From the NCBI GenBank assembly GCA_963827655.1, contig CAWHCF010000045.1, positions 32,001-96,000 of the forward strand: a DNA stretch of 64,000 bases, read 5' to 3'. Source of the stretch: an uncultured Acidobacteriota bacterium (lineage in GTDB: Bacteria; Acidobacteriota; UBA6911). Position numbers and translations under genes: made by a program. Of the stretch, positions 30,899 to 41,367 are shown one piece after another (within the stretch, counting starts at the first letter, position 1; each line of letters starts with the position of its first letter). A model generated the notes under the pieces. It did no database searches and was not told the DNA's origin. It worked only from the letters and a program-made list of their open reading frames with translations.

Positions 30899-31711
30899 GT
30901 GTTTTGCACCTCTATCAAGAATGGGTAGGACCGTGTGTTCTGGGTCAGACCAGCTCCGAGCAACTTCATATCGCACGGGTTTGTGCCACAAGCGACATTC
31001 GCACAGTAGTCCGGTAGCCTCGCGACGCCCGGGAATGATTTCGGTGTGGTCTGTGACGACAACGGTTATCCCTGCCTCCTGGTGAATAGATGAATGCATA
31101 TTGTAACAGAGTTGACTGAGCGCGTCCGCTTTGAACACCCGCGCTATGACCATTCCAAGTTGGGTTAAAATACCACGTGACGAAGGAGACTGGCCAGCGC
31201 GTCAACGTCGCTACCAACTGCTTGCGCGACTCAAAGAAGGCCGCGCGCCGAGGGCGAGATCCCAACGGCACACCCAGACACATCCGGGACACAAGGAGAC
31301 TCGTGACACGCCGATTCCACGCCCCCGCAAAAGTATTTCGTGTATGATCGCACGGACGGTGCGGAGCCGGCGGAAACCGTTGATGGAGCAGCGGTGACCG
31401 GATTGGAATCGGCGATCTCCGCAAGACGCTTTGCGGCGTCGGGTTCAACCATAGCAACTCTTAGGGTTCGCGCAGAAATAAGTTCGTGGCCTGCGGGCCG
31501 CAGCCCGAAGGGGCGCGATCCTCAGCGTGCTTAGCGAACAGAAACCGGTTCAGGATTGACACCGACTCTCGCGCCAGAATGTGAAGTTATTTTTGCGCGA
31601 GCCCTTACCCTTGCAGGCTCCCAACGCGAGCACTCAGACTAACAAATCCACGATGTCGTGATTTCGAGATCCTGGTATTCATCAAAGCGGCGGAGAAGAG
31701 AGCGCGGCCCC

Positions 31712-33031
31712 ATGGCTATGTGCATGTTGGCGGTTGCTGCCCTCGCGATGGTCGCGGGTTCGGTCGTGGCCGAGGACTGGCCACGGTGGCGCGGCCCGCG
31801 TGGGGATGGAACCTGGAACGCCCCCAAACTCCCCGAGAAGTGGCCGGTTAACGGACTGAAGGTTGCCTGGAAGCAGCCCGTCGGGGGTGGCTACGCCGGC
31901 ATCATCGCGGCGCAGGGCCGCGTCTTCACGCTCGACCTCGAAGCGGCGATTCCACCACGGCCAAAGGGTGCGATCGAGGACGGCAATCCCGATGGCACCG
32001 AGCGCGTGTTGTGCTTCGACGCGAAGACCGGCGAAGAACTCTGGAAGCACACTTACGCCGTGAAGTATCGAGATCTCGGCGGGTACGGGAACGGCCCACG
32101 CACAAGTCCCACCCTTCACGACGGCAGGGTCTACACGCTCGGTGCAGTCGGCCACCTTTTCTGCTTCGACGCGAAGACCGGCAAGATCATCTGGCAGCAC
32201 GACACCGTCGCCGATTTCAAGGCCCAGGTGCCCGAGTGGGGCTTTGCCGGCTCACCGATCATCGAGGGCGAGAACGTCATCGTTCACATCGGCGCGAAGG
32301 ACGGCGGGTGTGTAATCGCATTCGACCGCCTCACGGGCAAGGAACGGTGGCGTTCGCTGGACGACCCCGCAGGCTACTGCACGCCCGCGGTGTTCGACAC
32401 GCCGGCGGGGCGTGTGATGGTATTGTGGACTCCGAAACACATCCACGCTCTCGACCCAGCCAACGGCAAACCGCTCTGGAAGGTGCCCTACGAGGTGACG
32501 TACGGCGTCTCGATCGCGAGTCCGATTTACCGCGACGGGATCGTCTTCGTCACGGGCTACTGGGAAGGCTCGAAGGCGATCAAACTTGGCGCGAAGCCGA
32601 CCGACCACGAACTCATCTGGACGGATAACAAGAACCTCCGCGGGCTCATGGCCCAGCCGCTCTACCGCGATGGCCACGCCTACTCGATCGACAAGAATCT
32701 TGGCCTGACGTGCTTCGAGCTGAAAACTGGCAGGAAGCTCTGGGACGACGACAACCAACTCACGCCGAAGGCCCGCAACCCGCACGCCAGCATCGTCTGG
32801 CTGAACGACGGTGACCGGGCGCTGTCGTTGAACAGCACAGGCGAACTTGTGCTGTGCCGGCTAAACCCCAGTGGGTATGACGAGCAATCCAGGACGAAGG
32901 TGTTATCGGGCCAGGTGTGGGGACATCCGGCGTTCGCCGGGCGGTTCATGTTCGCGAAGACGGACGGTGCGGAGGCATGGCGAAGGGCTGGTCAGAGCGA
33001 GTTGGTCTGCGTGGAGTTGGTAGAGAAGTAA
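31712..33031 (+). CDS. PQQ-binding-like beta-propeller protein
   Basis: AEDWPRWRGPRGDG, repeated CFDAKTG..W motifs, and W.HPAFA. Confidence 0.92.
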   Translation: MAMCMLAVAALAMVAGSVVAEDWPRWRGPRGDGTWNAPKLPEKWPVNGLKVAWKQPVGGGYAGIIAAQGRVFTLDLEAAIPPRPKGAIEDGNPDGTERVLCFDAKTGEELWKHTYAVKYRDLGGYGNGPRTSPTLHDGRVYTLGAVGHLFCFDAKTGKIIWQHDTVADFKAQVPEWGFAGSPIIEGENVIVHIGAKDGGCVIAFDRLTGKERWRSLDDPAGYCTPAVFDTPAGRVMVLWTPKHIHALDPANGKPLWKVPYEVTYGVSIASPIYRDGIVFVTGYWEGSKAIKLGAKPTDHELIWTDNKNLRGLMAQPLYRDGHAYSIDKNLGLTCFELKTGRKLWDDDNQLTPKARNPHASIVWLNDGDRALSLNSTGELVLCRLNPSGYDEQSRTKVLSGQVWGHPAFAGRFMFAKTDGAEAWRRAGQSELVCVELVEK

Positions 33032-33311
33032 ACACAACTCGGTCTACACATTGGGGGATTGACACTGCGGGAGGCTTTGGCAGAAGGGACCATTTTCAAT
33101 CTGATCCATCGCCGTCCTGGTGATTTTGTCCTGGGGAGCCGGACCTTGCTTTACGCCTACCTGATTGGATTGGTGACGATCAGGCGCGATGGCTCCTTTG
33201 CCACACCGGTCATGCTGATGACAGAACTCTTTTCAACCAGAGAAGCCTGCCATGCTTTCGAATCGAAACCATCCATCCGGCAACGGAGCAGCTCCCGGAG
33301 GTTACATCATC

Positions 33312-34661
33312 ATGCAACGTCGTGAATTCCTCGGAATCACCACCGCGGCGGGCACAACCGCCGTTTTCGCCAACCGACTGCCCGCTGCCAATGAACCGGC
33401 GCAGACGCCAACACCGCCCGGCCCTGTGCCGCGTTACGAAGAGTGGCTCGCGGCCCGCCACGAGCGAGTGATCCCACCGGCGCACGTGGATGCCTTCCTG
33501 CGGCCACCGCCCCACAATCAGTGGGCGAAGTTCGACCCCGAACTAGGCTACGTTCCGAGCGACAGCATCCAGCGCGACGGCATCGACGGTTCCTGTACCG
33601 TTTATCGGTACGGGCCGGCGGGCGAACGCAAACTCATCCACTACGCCGACCGCAAATGTCGCTTGAATACCTACGGCGACAGCTTCACCCAGTGTCATCA
33701 GGTCAGCGATGGTGAGTCGTGGCAGGAGTATCTGGCGGCACACCTCGGCGAGCCGATCCGGAACTTCGGCGTCGGCGGCTACGGCGTGTTTCAGGCCTTT
33801 GCGCGACTGCGGCGGATGGAGCAGACCGCGGTGAAGGCTCCGTATTTGATCTTCAACATTTATGACGACGATCACCGGCGCACGCTGATGCCGTGGCGTG
33901 GCTTCATCACGAATTACCAGCGCAGCTCAGAAATGTATCATGCCAACCCCTGGACCCACCTGCGCGTGAATCTCGACTCCGGACAGTGGGAGGAAATGCC
34001 GAACCCGTGCCCGTCACCCTCGGCGCTGCGCACTATGCTTTCCTTCGAGCGAGCGCGCGCGGTTGTGGCCGACCACGAATTCATCCAATTGCATGCAATG
34101 TTCGAGGGAGTTCCCGACGTGCCGCAGGATCGGATTCGCCGGCTCGCCGATTGGGCGAAGGTCAAGTTCGACTTCACCGACGTCTCCAGCCGTCGTGCCT
34201 CGGCGGAAAAGCTTATCGACGTCGTGTCGCGAGCGAGCACGCTCCACGTGATGGAGAAACTGCACGCATTCGCCACACAACACGGACGCCGCCTGATGGT
34301 CGTTTTCAGCTACGGCACGCGCGCTATGCTTCGCGCGTGCGAAGGCGGGCCGAAGCTCGCGACCGACCTCGCCCTGCTGCAGTGGTTCAAGGAGCGCGGC
34401 ATCCCGACTGTCGATGCGTTCGACGCGCACGTGGCTGACTTCACGCAATTCCGGATCCCCGCCGGCGACTACATCAAGCGCCTCTATATCGGGCACTATT
34501 CGCCCGCCGGAAACCAGTTCTTCGCTTTTGCGCTCAAGAAGGCGGTGGTCGATTGGCTTGAACCGAAGCCGATCGCCTATCAGCCGTCCGGCACGATTAT
34601 CGATTTCCAGGACGGACGCTATCTGGACAAGCCACCCGGTGGTGTGACGCCGAAGCCGTGA
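33312..34661 (+). CDS. Tat-exported SGNH/GDSL hydrolase-like protein
   Basis: MQRREFL Tat motif; GDSFT, NFGVGGYG and GHYSPAGN blocks. Confidence 0.82.
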   Translation: MQRREFLGITTAAGTTAVFANRLPAANEPAQTPTPPGPVPRYEEWLAARHERVIPPAHVDAFLRPPPHNQWAKFDPELGYVPSDSIQRDGIDGSCTVYRYGPAGERKLIHYADRKCRLNTYGDSFTQCHQVSDGESWQEYLAAHLGEPIRNFGVGGYGVFQAFARLRRMEQTAVKAPYLIFNIYDDDHRRTLMPWRGFITNYQRSSEMYHANPWTHLRVNLDSGQWEEMPNPCPSPSALRTMLSFERARAVVADHEFIQLHAMFEGVPDVPQDRIRRLADWAKVKFDFTDVSSRRASAEKLIDVVSRASTLHVMEKLHAFATQHGRRLMVVFSYGTRAMLRACEGGPKLATDLALLQWFKERGIPTVDAFDAHVADFTQFRIPAGDYIKRLYIGHYSPAGNQFFAFALKKAVVDWLEPKPIAYQPSGTIIDFQDGRYLDKPPGGVTPKP

Positions 34662-34745
34662 TCAGGCTTGCCAGGTGCGGTTCGATCGCCGCACGAGCGG
34701 CGGCGAATGCATTACGCCATTCGCAGGGTCGATAGCCTGCGCCGG

Positions 34746-34890
34746 CCGTTCAGGTACCAGTATCTCAGGTCGGGAACCAGGCGAGCGCTGCTGCGCCGTT
34801 TTCCCTAGGCCGTCTACTTCGCCGTTGAGGGCGATGCGGTCGTCGTCGCAGTACTGCACGCAGCGCACGATGCCGCAGAATGGCAATTGT
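34746..34890 (+). pseudogene. ParE/RelE toxin C-terminal remnant with an in-frame stop
   Basis: PFRYQYLRSGTRRALLRRFP*AVYFAVEGDAVVVAVLHAAHDAAEWQ; TAG at 34806-34808 replaces the Tyr of the RRFPY motif. Confidence 0.75.
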
Positions 34891-34986
34891 GGCGGGCGAT
34901 GCACCAGTGCCGCGACGGCGAAACTCTTACGGAAGCACCGAGTTTTTCTGGAAGGTATGTAGAATGAAACTTTCAAGTGCGGCGAA

Positions 34987-35696
34987 TGATAATGACAGCG
35001 TTTGATGTACATGTCATCCGGTTTCTGAATTCCTATGCCAATCGATGGCAGCCATTTGATTCAGTCATTCTTTTGCTGCGTAATACAAATCTTATCAAGG
35101 GTGGTGTTATCGCCGCATTAATCTGGTGGGCGTGGTTTCGTACCAAAGGTGATCAAAAAAGAACTCGGGCCGTTATTCTGTCAACATTGGTTGCGGCGTT
35201 TGGCGCGATGTTTACTGCCCGCGGGCTTGCCTTAATACTGCCGTTTCGTTACAGGCCTATTCACAACGCGGAAATAGGATTCCAGCTTCCCTATGGAATG
35301 ATGCGTGAAGCCCTTGATGGGTGGAGTTCGTTTCCCAGTGACCACGCCGCCTTATTTGTTTGCCTTGCTGTGGGCTTGTGGTTTGTCTCGCGACGTCTTG
35401 GCATCGTTGCGCTTTTGCATACTTTTGTTGTGATTTCATTTCCCCGCCTCTACCTGGGACTTCATTATCCGACTGATATTCTGGCTGGAGCAGTTATCGG
35501 TGTAGCGTGGTTTGGCATAGCCAACATGGCATTCATCGAAAATCTTGTTCTTCCTGCCGCAATGTTGTGGCTGGAGAAGCATCCCATGTCGTTTTATGCG
35601 GTGTTCTTTTTGCTCACTGAACAAATTGCGACTGTTTTTGAAGATGCACGAACTGTAGCCAGAATGATACTCGCTGTTTTAGCAAGACGGTTCTGA
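34987..35696 (+). CDS. PAP2 family membrane phosphatase
   Basis: RP, SFPSDHA and RLYLGLHYPTD motifs; visibly AT-richer than its neighbours. Confidence 0.92.
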
Positions 35697-35725
35697 TCGC
35701 TTTCCTTTTTCCGCTCCGACGCCGA

Positions 35726-37192
35726 TTAATTCGCCTCCTTTTCTTCGGCGTCGCGCCGGGCCTTTAGCCCCCGCTTGCCGTCGAGCGCGTCCGCGGAGCT
35801 CGATCCGCGCGGCGGAGGCGTATTGACCTTCGGAAAGTGGCGCGCCAACGCAGCTTTCAACGACGCATACTGGGGTTTCAAGGCCAGGTTAGTCCATTCG
35901 AGAGGGTCCTTCGACTCATCGTAGAGCTCCTCGCCGCCGTCGTGATACCGGATGTAGCGCCACTGTTCCGTTCGAACGGCGTGGTTGTTGAACAGATATG
36001 TGGTGAGGGCGGGGCGGTCCCACGCGCTGTCGGGATCTTTGAGCAGCTTGCGGATGCTCACCCCCTCGACGTGTTTGGGTGTCGGGATGCCGCAAAGATC
36101 CATGAGCGTCGGATAAAGGCTCATGAAGTCGACCGTCCGGCGGCACACCGAACCCGGCTTGGTGAGTCCTGGTACTATCCAGATCAGCGGAGCGCGCGTA
36201 GCTTCTTCCCAAAGAGTGAACTTACGCCAGTGAAGCTTCTCGCCCAGGTGCCAACCGTGGTCTCCGAAGACGACCACGATCGTGTTGTCCTTGTAGGGAC
36301 TGCGGTCCAGGGCGTCGATCAAACGGCCGATGTTCATGTCGGTAAAGGTGATCGTTGCGAGATAGGCCTGCACCGCCTGCTTCCACCGGCCTGACTTGAC
36401 GATCTCCGCGTGGTCGCCCCCGGGCTCGGCCATCTGGACGCCGACGGGAGGCACGTCCTCAAGATCGGTTTCGAGTGTCCGAGGAAGCTTGATTTTGTCC
36501 AGAGGGTACATGTCGTAGTACTTTCGCGGAACGTTCCAGGCTAGGTGCGGCTTGTGGACGCCGGCTGCGAGAAAAAACGGTTTGTCGTGCTTTGCCTCGA
36601 GCTGGTCGATCGCCCAGCTCACGATCCGGTAGTCCTGCATATCTTCGTCCTTGCAGTCGAGGGGAGCGAACCACCTGAATGTGCCGGCGCGGTCGTTCGG
36701 TCCGGCCGGCTTCGGATCGACGCCTTCATCATCGAGGTAGGCGTCCCACTCGCTCCTGCGCCGGAATCTTTCGTGGTAGATCTTCCCGGCCCCGGCGACG
36801 AAATAGCCGTTCTTGCGAAACTGCGTCGTGAGCGTCAGTGACTCCGACACGATGGGTCTCCAGTCGGTGTTGTTATCGTAGACGCCGCTCGTGGAAGGCA
36901 GGAGACCGGACATCAGGGCCGTGCGCGAGGGATTGCATACCGGTGCGGAGCAGTAGCTACGCGTGAAGTGGAGCCCGCGCTGCGCGATTCGGTCGAGATT
37001 GGGCGTTTTGACCTGGTCGTTCCGGTCGAGATAGCGCACCCAGTGGTTCAAGTCGTCGACGGCGATGAATAGGACGTTTGGCCTGGTGGGGAGCGTTGCG
37101 CGGGACGTCCTGGGAAGACCGGAAGTGGACAGAGAACCGGTCGCCAGCGCGACCAGTGTAAGGGTGCGAACTAAAATGCGCGGCTGTAGCAT
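35726..37192 (-). CDS. Sulfatase (iduronate-2-sulfatase-like, formylglycine type)
   Basis: PNVLFIAVDDL, CNPSR, GKIYH, KPH and GDHGWHLGEK motifs. Confidence 0.95.
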   Translation of the reverse strand: MLQPRILVRTLTLVALATGSLSTSGLPRTSRATLPTRPNVLFIAVDDLNHWVRYLDRNDQVKTPNLDRIAQRGLHFTRSYCSAPVCNPSRTALMSGLLPSTSGVYDNNTDWRPIVSESLTLTTQFRKNGYFVAGAGKIYHERFRRRSEWDAYLDDEGVDPKPAGPNDRAGTFRWFAPLDCKDEDMQDYRIVSWAIDQLEAKHDKPFFLAAGVHKPHLAWNVPRKYYDMYPLDKIKLPRTLETDLEDVPPVGVQMAEPGGDHAEIVKSGRWKQAVQAYLATITFTDMNIGRLIDALDRSPYKDNTIVVVFGDHGWHLGEKLHWRKFTLWEEATRAPLIWIVPGLTKPGSVCRRTVDFMSLYPTLMDLCGIPTPKHVEGVSIRKLLKDPDSAWDRPALTTYLFNNHAVRTEQWRYIRYHDGGEELYDESKDPLEWTNLALKPQYASLKAALARHFPKVNTPPPRGSSSADALDGKRGLKARRDAEEKEAN

Positions 37193-37802
37193 CGGAAAAC
37201 CTCTTGAAGTCGTCTCAAAATCTGCGCCATTCGGTTGAAGATCATTCGGGGAAGCTTCTGGGCCGGGCCAGGAGCGTGTGAATCGTGATTTACCCCGCAG
37301 CCATATAATAGACGGGAAGCGGCTGTTTCGCGGCTCCTTTTTCAACGGGTCGACGGATCATTCCTTGAACCCGCCATGAGACAGAGCAACCGCGCGGCTA
37401 GGGGGCTGACGGAACTCAAGCCGCCGCTGTGCGGATCGACTACTGGGCGGAGGCCGACTCGCCTTGTCTCGTACCGGAAGATTGCTGCCCGGATCTCAGT
37501 CTCGGCTTCATCATGAGTTCGAAGGGACTTGTCAACGGCGAGTGCCTCTCGACCCGCTCGACTTCTTGGTGTGCGTGCTATCTTAGAACTGTCCTCTAAC
37601 TTGATCGGACGTGATCTCGTGGAGCAATTGTGGACATCTCGAAATAGTACGAAGAACCTGCCTGCGCTCCGAGATATTGGTCAAATGTCCGCTCACGGAC
37701 GATACTCTAATGATCGCAAAGAAGCATCGAAGGTCTGAGGCCGGGCTGCCGAATCGTTCTAGAAAGTTTTTGCATCATGCTAGTCTACTCCAGGCGCGAG
37801 GG

Positions 37803-37916
37803 GCCCAACAAAGCGTTGAAGCTGACGGGCGCCTCGCGGAGCCGCCCGCGCCAGGATGGAGCGGACGCCGTGTGCATTCGCGCACCGGCGCCCGCAGCTT
37901 AACGCGTTGGTTGGCT
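37803..37916 (+). mobile_element. Integron attC recombination site
   Basis: GCCCAAC, then gcgtt[g]aagctg[a]cgggcgcc pairing with ggcgcccgcagcttaacgc (two unpaired bases in the left arm), then GTTGGCT. Confidence 0.8.
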
Positions 37917-37990
37917 TGGACCGCGAGAGGCTGTTCACCGGCAACTAGAGGAAGAACGCTCTGAATCTCCGCACACCAAAGGAGCAAAGC

Positions 37991-38362
37991 ATGGAACTCG
38001 GCGCTTTTTCAATCAGCTTGGCTGTCAAGAACCTTGAAGCTTCGAGAAAATTCTATGAGAAGTTCGGTTTCAAGGTCTTCGCTGGAGACGCTTCACAGAA
38101 CTGGCTGATCCTGAAGAATGGTGATCACGTCATCGGCCTTTTTCAGGGCATGTTCGACAAGAACATACTAACCTTCAACCCTGGATGGGACAGCAATGCC
38201 CAAAAACGAGCTGCTTTCACAGACGTGCGCGAACTGCAGCGACAGCTCAAGGCGCAAGGCGTGCAGATGGTGAGCGAGGCAGACGAAAGCACGACGGGCC
38301 CAGCCAGCTTTATGGCTGTGGACCCCGACGGAAATCCCATTCTCGTCGATCAACACGTCTGA
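37991..38362 (+). CDS. VOC/glyoxalase family protein
   Basis: MELGAFSISLAVKNL..S..FYEK.GF and DPDGNPILVDQHV; AAGGAG RBS. Confidence 0.93.
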   Translation: MELGAFSISLAVKNLEASRKFYEKFGFKVFAGDASQNWLILKNGDHVIGLFQGMFDKNILTFNPGWDSNAQKRAAFTDVRELQRQLKAQGVQMVSEADESTTGPASFMAVDPDGNPILVDQHV

Positions 38363-38404
38363 GTTGGAGGCGCGGCGTCAGGATTCGTCGGGTATGGAGT
38401 TGAA

Positions 38405-38481
38405 GCCGAACCAGCTGCGCTTGACCGGGCGCCGCCCTGCTGGCTTCGTGTGGCATCACGCTGTCGCAGGCGGCCCCGGCA
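38405..38481 (+). mobile_element. Degenerate attC site, right end lost
   Basis: GCCGAAC followed by tg[a]ccgggcgccgccctgc, which pairs with gcaggcggccccggca; no GTTRRRY follows. Confidence 0.55.
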
Positions 38482-38656
38482 CCAATCCAGGTAAGGGAGT
38501 CGACTATATGCGTTTCTCGATCAGACTTCACGGTGAAGTGATTTGTTCGCAACTCATCAACGGCGGAAACGAGACCCAGACTTAATGGTTTTCTAACCCA
38601 AACGTCACACGAGTGGCAACCTTAAGAGGTTGGACTCATTCGACAAGAGGTTCACC

Positions 38657-39082
38657 ATGCAAATCAACCCGTATCTGAGCTTCAAAGGAGAGTGCGAGGC
38701 GGCGTTCAAGTTCTATGAACAGTGTCTCGGCGGCCAACTTGGGGCGATCTTCCGTTACGGCGGGTCGCCCCTTGCGGGTCAGGTTCCGGCCGACTGGTCG
38801 GACAAGGTCATGCACGGCAACCTGACACTCGGCGACCAGGTGCTGATGGGTGGCGACGTAGCGCCGGATCGCTATGAGGAACCCAAGGGCTTCTCGCTCT
38901 CGATTCAGATCAAGAGCACGGCTGACGCCGAGCGTATCTTTCGCGAACTGGGTAAGGACGGTAGGGTTGTAGTGCCGCTCGAGAAAACGTTCTGGGCAGC
39001 GCGTTTTGGCATGGTCGTCGATCGCTTCGGCATACCGTGGCTGATCAACTGCGAGGAATCCGATCAGCCTCCGGTAGAGTGA
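38657..39082 (+). CDS. PhnB-like VOC family protein
   Basis: INPYLSF.G.CEAA..FY, VMH and TFWAARFGMVVDRFGIPW motifs. Confidence 0.93.
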   Translation: MQINPYLSFKGECEAAFKFYEQCLGGQLGAIFRYGGSPLAGQVPADWSDKVMHGNLTLGDQVLMGGDVAPDRYEEPKGFSLSIQIKSTADAERIFRELGKDGRVVVPLEKTFWAARFGMVVDRFGIPWLINCEESDQPPVE

Positions 39083-39154
39083 CGCGGTTATCACTAAAGG
39101 CCCGGAACTCGTGCGCGCTCAGTCGTGAAGCAACTGCAAGGTCCGAGTGTCCCG

Positions 39155-39337
39155 TTGCCCAGCAAGAAGAACGTAATGGCCATCCTCAGAGACTTCCTCG
39201 AGACCGGGAAGATTACGCCGATCATCGACAGTACCTATCCGCTCGCTGAGACCCGCGAGGCTCTACGGCACATGATTGAGGATGAACTCCGGGGAAAGGT
39301 CGTCATCATTGCGCCCGCGGCTCAGTCCGAACATTAG
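39155..39337 (+). pseudogene. Zn-binding alcohol dehydrogenase / quinone reductase C-terminal remnant
   Basis: LETGKITPIIDSTYPLAETREALRHM....RGKVVI; the N-terminal domains are absent. Confidence 0.7.
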
Positions 39338-39648
39338 CCGGACCTCCATTTCGCCATTTAGCATGTCTCGGTTTGATAAAACCTTGCCGAACGCTCGGTT
39401 CGTGACGGCGATAAAGGAGTACCGCCATCTCCACGCTGACCCAGCGGATGCTGGCTCAAGCACGGGTTGCCAAGGGCAAACGGATTTCGGATTCGATAGC
39501 GAATTGTTGCAGATCGACTTTCTCTCCGCCGGCCTTTCGTTGCCTTGCGCTCGAGATAGAATGCCCTGCAGATCCTGAACACGATTGTGATTCCGGAAGA
39601 AAGTAACGATCGTTTATACTCCGCTCCTTCGTGACAAGGAGAGATTCG

Positions 39649-40347
39649 ATGCAAGACTCCGCGCGGCAGCGCGAAAAGCGCCGCGTCTATCGTTACTACG
39701 ACTTTATGATGGCGGGGTTTGTTACGATTCTGCTTTGCTCCTCGCTCATCGGAGTGCAGAAGGTCTCCACGATCGCAGGCTTCACCTTCGGTGCTGGAGT
39801 TCTTTTCTTTCCGATCAGTTATGTGTTCGGGGACATCCTGACAGAGGTGTACGGCTATGCCCGGTCTCGCAGAGTGATCTGGGCTGGATTTGCCGCCCTG
39901 ATCTTCGCTTCATTCATGAGTTGGGTCATTGTGAAACTGCCCCCGAAGCCCGGCTGGCCCCTGCAGGAGACTTACGAAACCATCTTCGGTCAGACTCCGC
40001 GAATTGTATTCGCGTCCCTGGCGGCTTTCTGGTCGGGCGAATTCGTCAACTCATTCGTGCTCGCCAAGATGAAGATTTGGAGCGGAGGCCGCTGGCTCTG
40101 GACTCGGACCATCGGCTCCACAATAGTTGGGGAGGGGGTGGATTCGCTGGTCTTCTATCCCCTCGCTTTCTTGGGAATCTGGCCGCTCGCCGATGTGTTT
40201 CAGGTCATGTTCAGCAACTACCTTGTCAAGGTGGGCTGGGAAGTCCTGGCGACTCCGGTGACCTACAGGGTCGTGAATTTCTTGAAAAGGGCAGAGCACG
40301 AGGACTATTACGACCGGACGACGGATTTCAACCCCTTTGCGCTCTGA
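39649..40347 (+). CDS. yhhQ: Queuosine precursor transporter (Vut_1/YhhQ family)
   Basis: FFPISY.FGDILTEVYGY, RIVFASL.AF..GEF.N and RTIGST..G..VDS..F motifs. Confidence 0.9.
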   Translation: MQDSARQREKRRVYRYYDFMMAGFVTILLCSSLIGVQKVSTIAGFTFGAGVLFFPISYVFGDILTEVYGYARSRRVIWAGFAALIFASFMSWVIVKLPPKPGWPLQETYETIFGQTPRIVFASLAAFWSGEFVNSFVLAKMKIWSGGRWLWTRTIGSTIVGEGVDSLVFYPLAFLGIWPLADVFQVMFSNYLVKVGWEVLATPVTYRVVNFLKRAEHEDYYDRTTDFNPFAL

Positions 40348-40522
40348 GCATGCACTCAGAAACAGAATTTCTTGAATGCCCTCGGACGCGACGTCGAGAT
40401 CGTCATTCGGCGTCCCCGTTCTCGGCGGACGCCTTGCATCCATGTGACTGCCGCTTGAACTGTCCCTGCGCCGCGGGTTCAAGCGTGCGACAGCGAGAAC
40501 GGGGGTGTGTCGAAACATGGCT

Positions 40523-41170
40523 CTATGAGGACCGTCGTTTCATTCTGCGCAGATAGCGCTCCTTCCTTCGTTTCTTGACTTGGTCCTTCTCGTGGGGATC
40601 CGCCGCCCGGCACTCGTCAGGTCGTGCCGCAGATTTCTCAAGCTCGGCGATCTCCATGCGCTGGTCGCCAAAGACTTCGAGCCAGTGCTCAGTCCCACTC
40701 TGGTTAGGCTTCGGCTTTTCGGGATCATCGTTTACTCGCTCACCGCCCTGCCGGAGAGGTGAGAACTCCATGATCCACTTCTCGGGATCAATGACCCGGG
40801 CCCCCAGCTTCTTGGCTTCCCACCCGAGGTCTCGGTCCGCCGTTATCACGGCGACGTGGCTTGTGACTGCTCGGGATTTCAAAGCAGTCAGAATGGCAAG
40901 GTCCGCATTCTGCGGTGGAATGGAAAACCGAACGTCAATTCCAGGGGGCGATGGCCCGGAATGCCGTATCCCGGTAGCTCCGTCGAAGATGACGATGACA
41001 TGGGTGCTGGCCAGGAGCCCCGACGAATGGATACGATTGAGCAGTGCATTTCTCCCGGCTTCCAAGTCGTTCTGTTGTTCCACGCTCCGAAGCTCTTGCA
41101 CCCGGCGAATGACGTTGTAGCCATCGACGATGCAGGTGACACGTTCGGCGGACTTCCTGGATTTCATCAT
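40523..41170 (-). CDS. NYN domain (YacP-like) protein
   Basis: IVDGYNVI, VIFDG, AD..I and VITADRDL motifs; basic C-terminal tail. Confidence 0.88.
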   Translation of the reverse strand: MMKSRKSAERVTCIVDGYNVIRRVQELRSVEQQNDLEAGRNALLNRIHSSGLLASTHVIVIFDGATGIRHSGPSPPGIDVRFSIPPQNADLAILTALKSRAVTSHVAVITADRDLGWEAKKLGARVIDPEKWIMEFSPLRQGGERVNDDPEKPKPNQSGTEHWLEVFGDQRMEIAELEKSAARPDECRAADPHEKDQVKKRRKERYLRRMKRRSS

Positions 41171-41219
41171 CGAGATTCTGAGTTCAGAGAATGAAAGCTA
41201 TGCCCGGCTTGAATCGGTA

Positions 41220-41367
41220 AAGCGGAACGTTGTCGGGAACGATTCAGGATCAGGAGTTGCTGCTTGACCAGAACAGACTCGGCGACCACAGAGTGGGCGC
41301 CGGCGGGACCTGCGAGTCGGGAGATCGTCGTAATGAGATGGATGAAGAGTACTGCCAGATCACGCAT
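41220..41367 (-). mobile_element. Integrase-core-type transposase, N-terminal remnant
   Basis: MRDLAVLFIHLITTISRLAGPAGAHSVVAESVLVKQQLLILNRSRQRS resembles the start of rve-domain transposases (AE....QQL.IL.R); truncated. Confidence 0.65.

Noticed and set aside
37304-37345. TATAAT followed by a weak hairpin and T-run (possible sRNA)
   Set aside because: Imperfect stem, no clear -35, and no other support.
39560-39648. preQ1 riboswitch upstream of yhhQ
   Set aside because: No recognisable P1 stem with an A-rich tail; an Rfam scan would be decisive.
8577-41170. A single defence island made of TIR, pentapeptide fusion, Uma2, ParE and NYN genes
   Set aside because: The genes are scattered among unrelated metabolic genes with no operon linkage.
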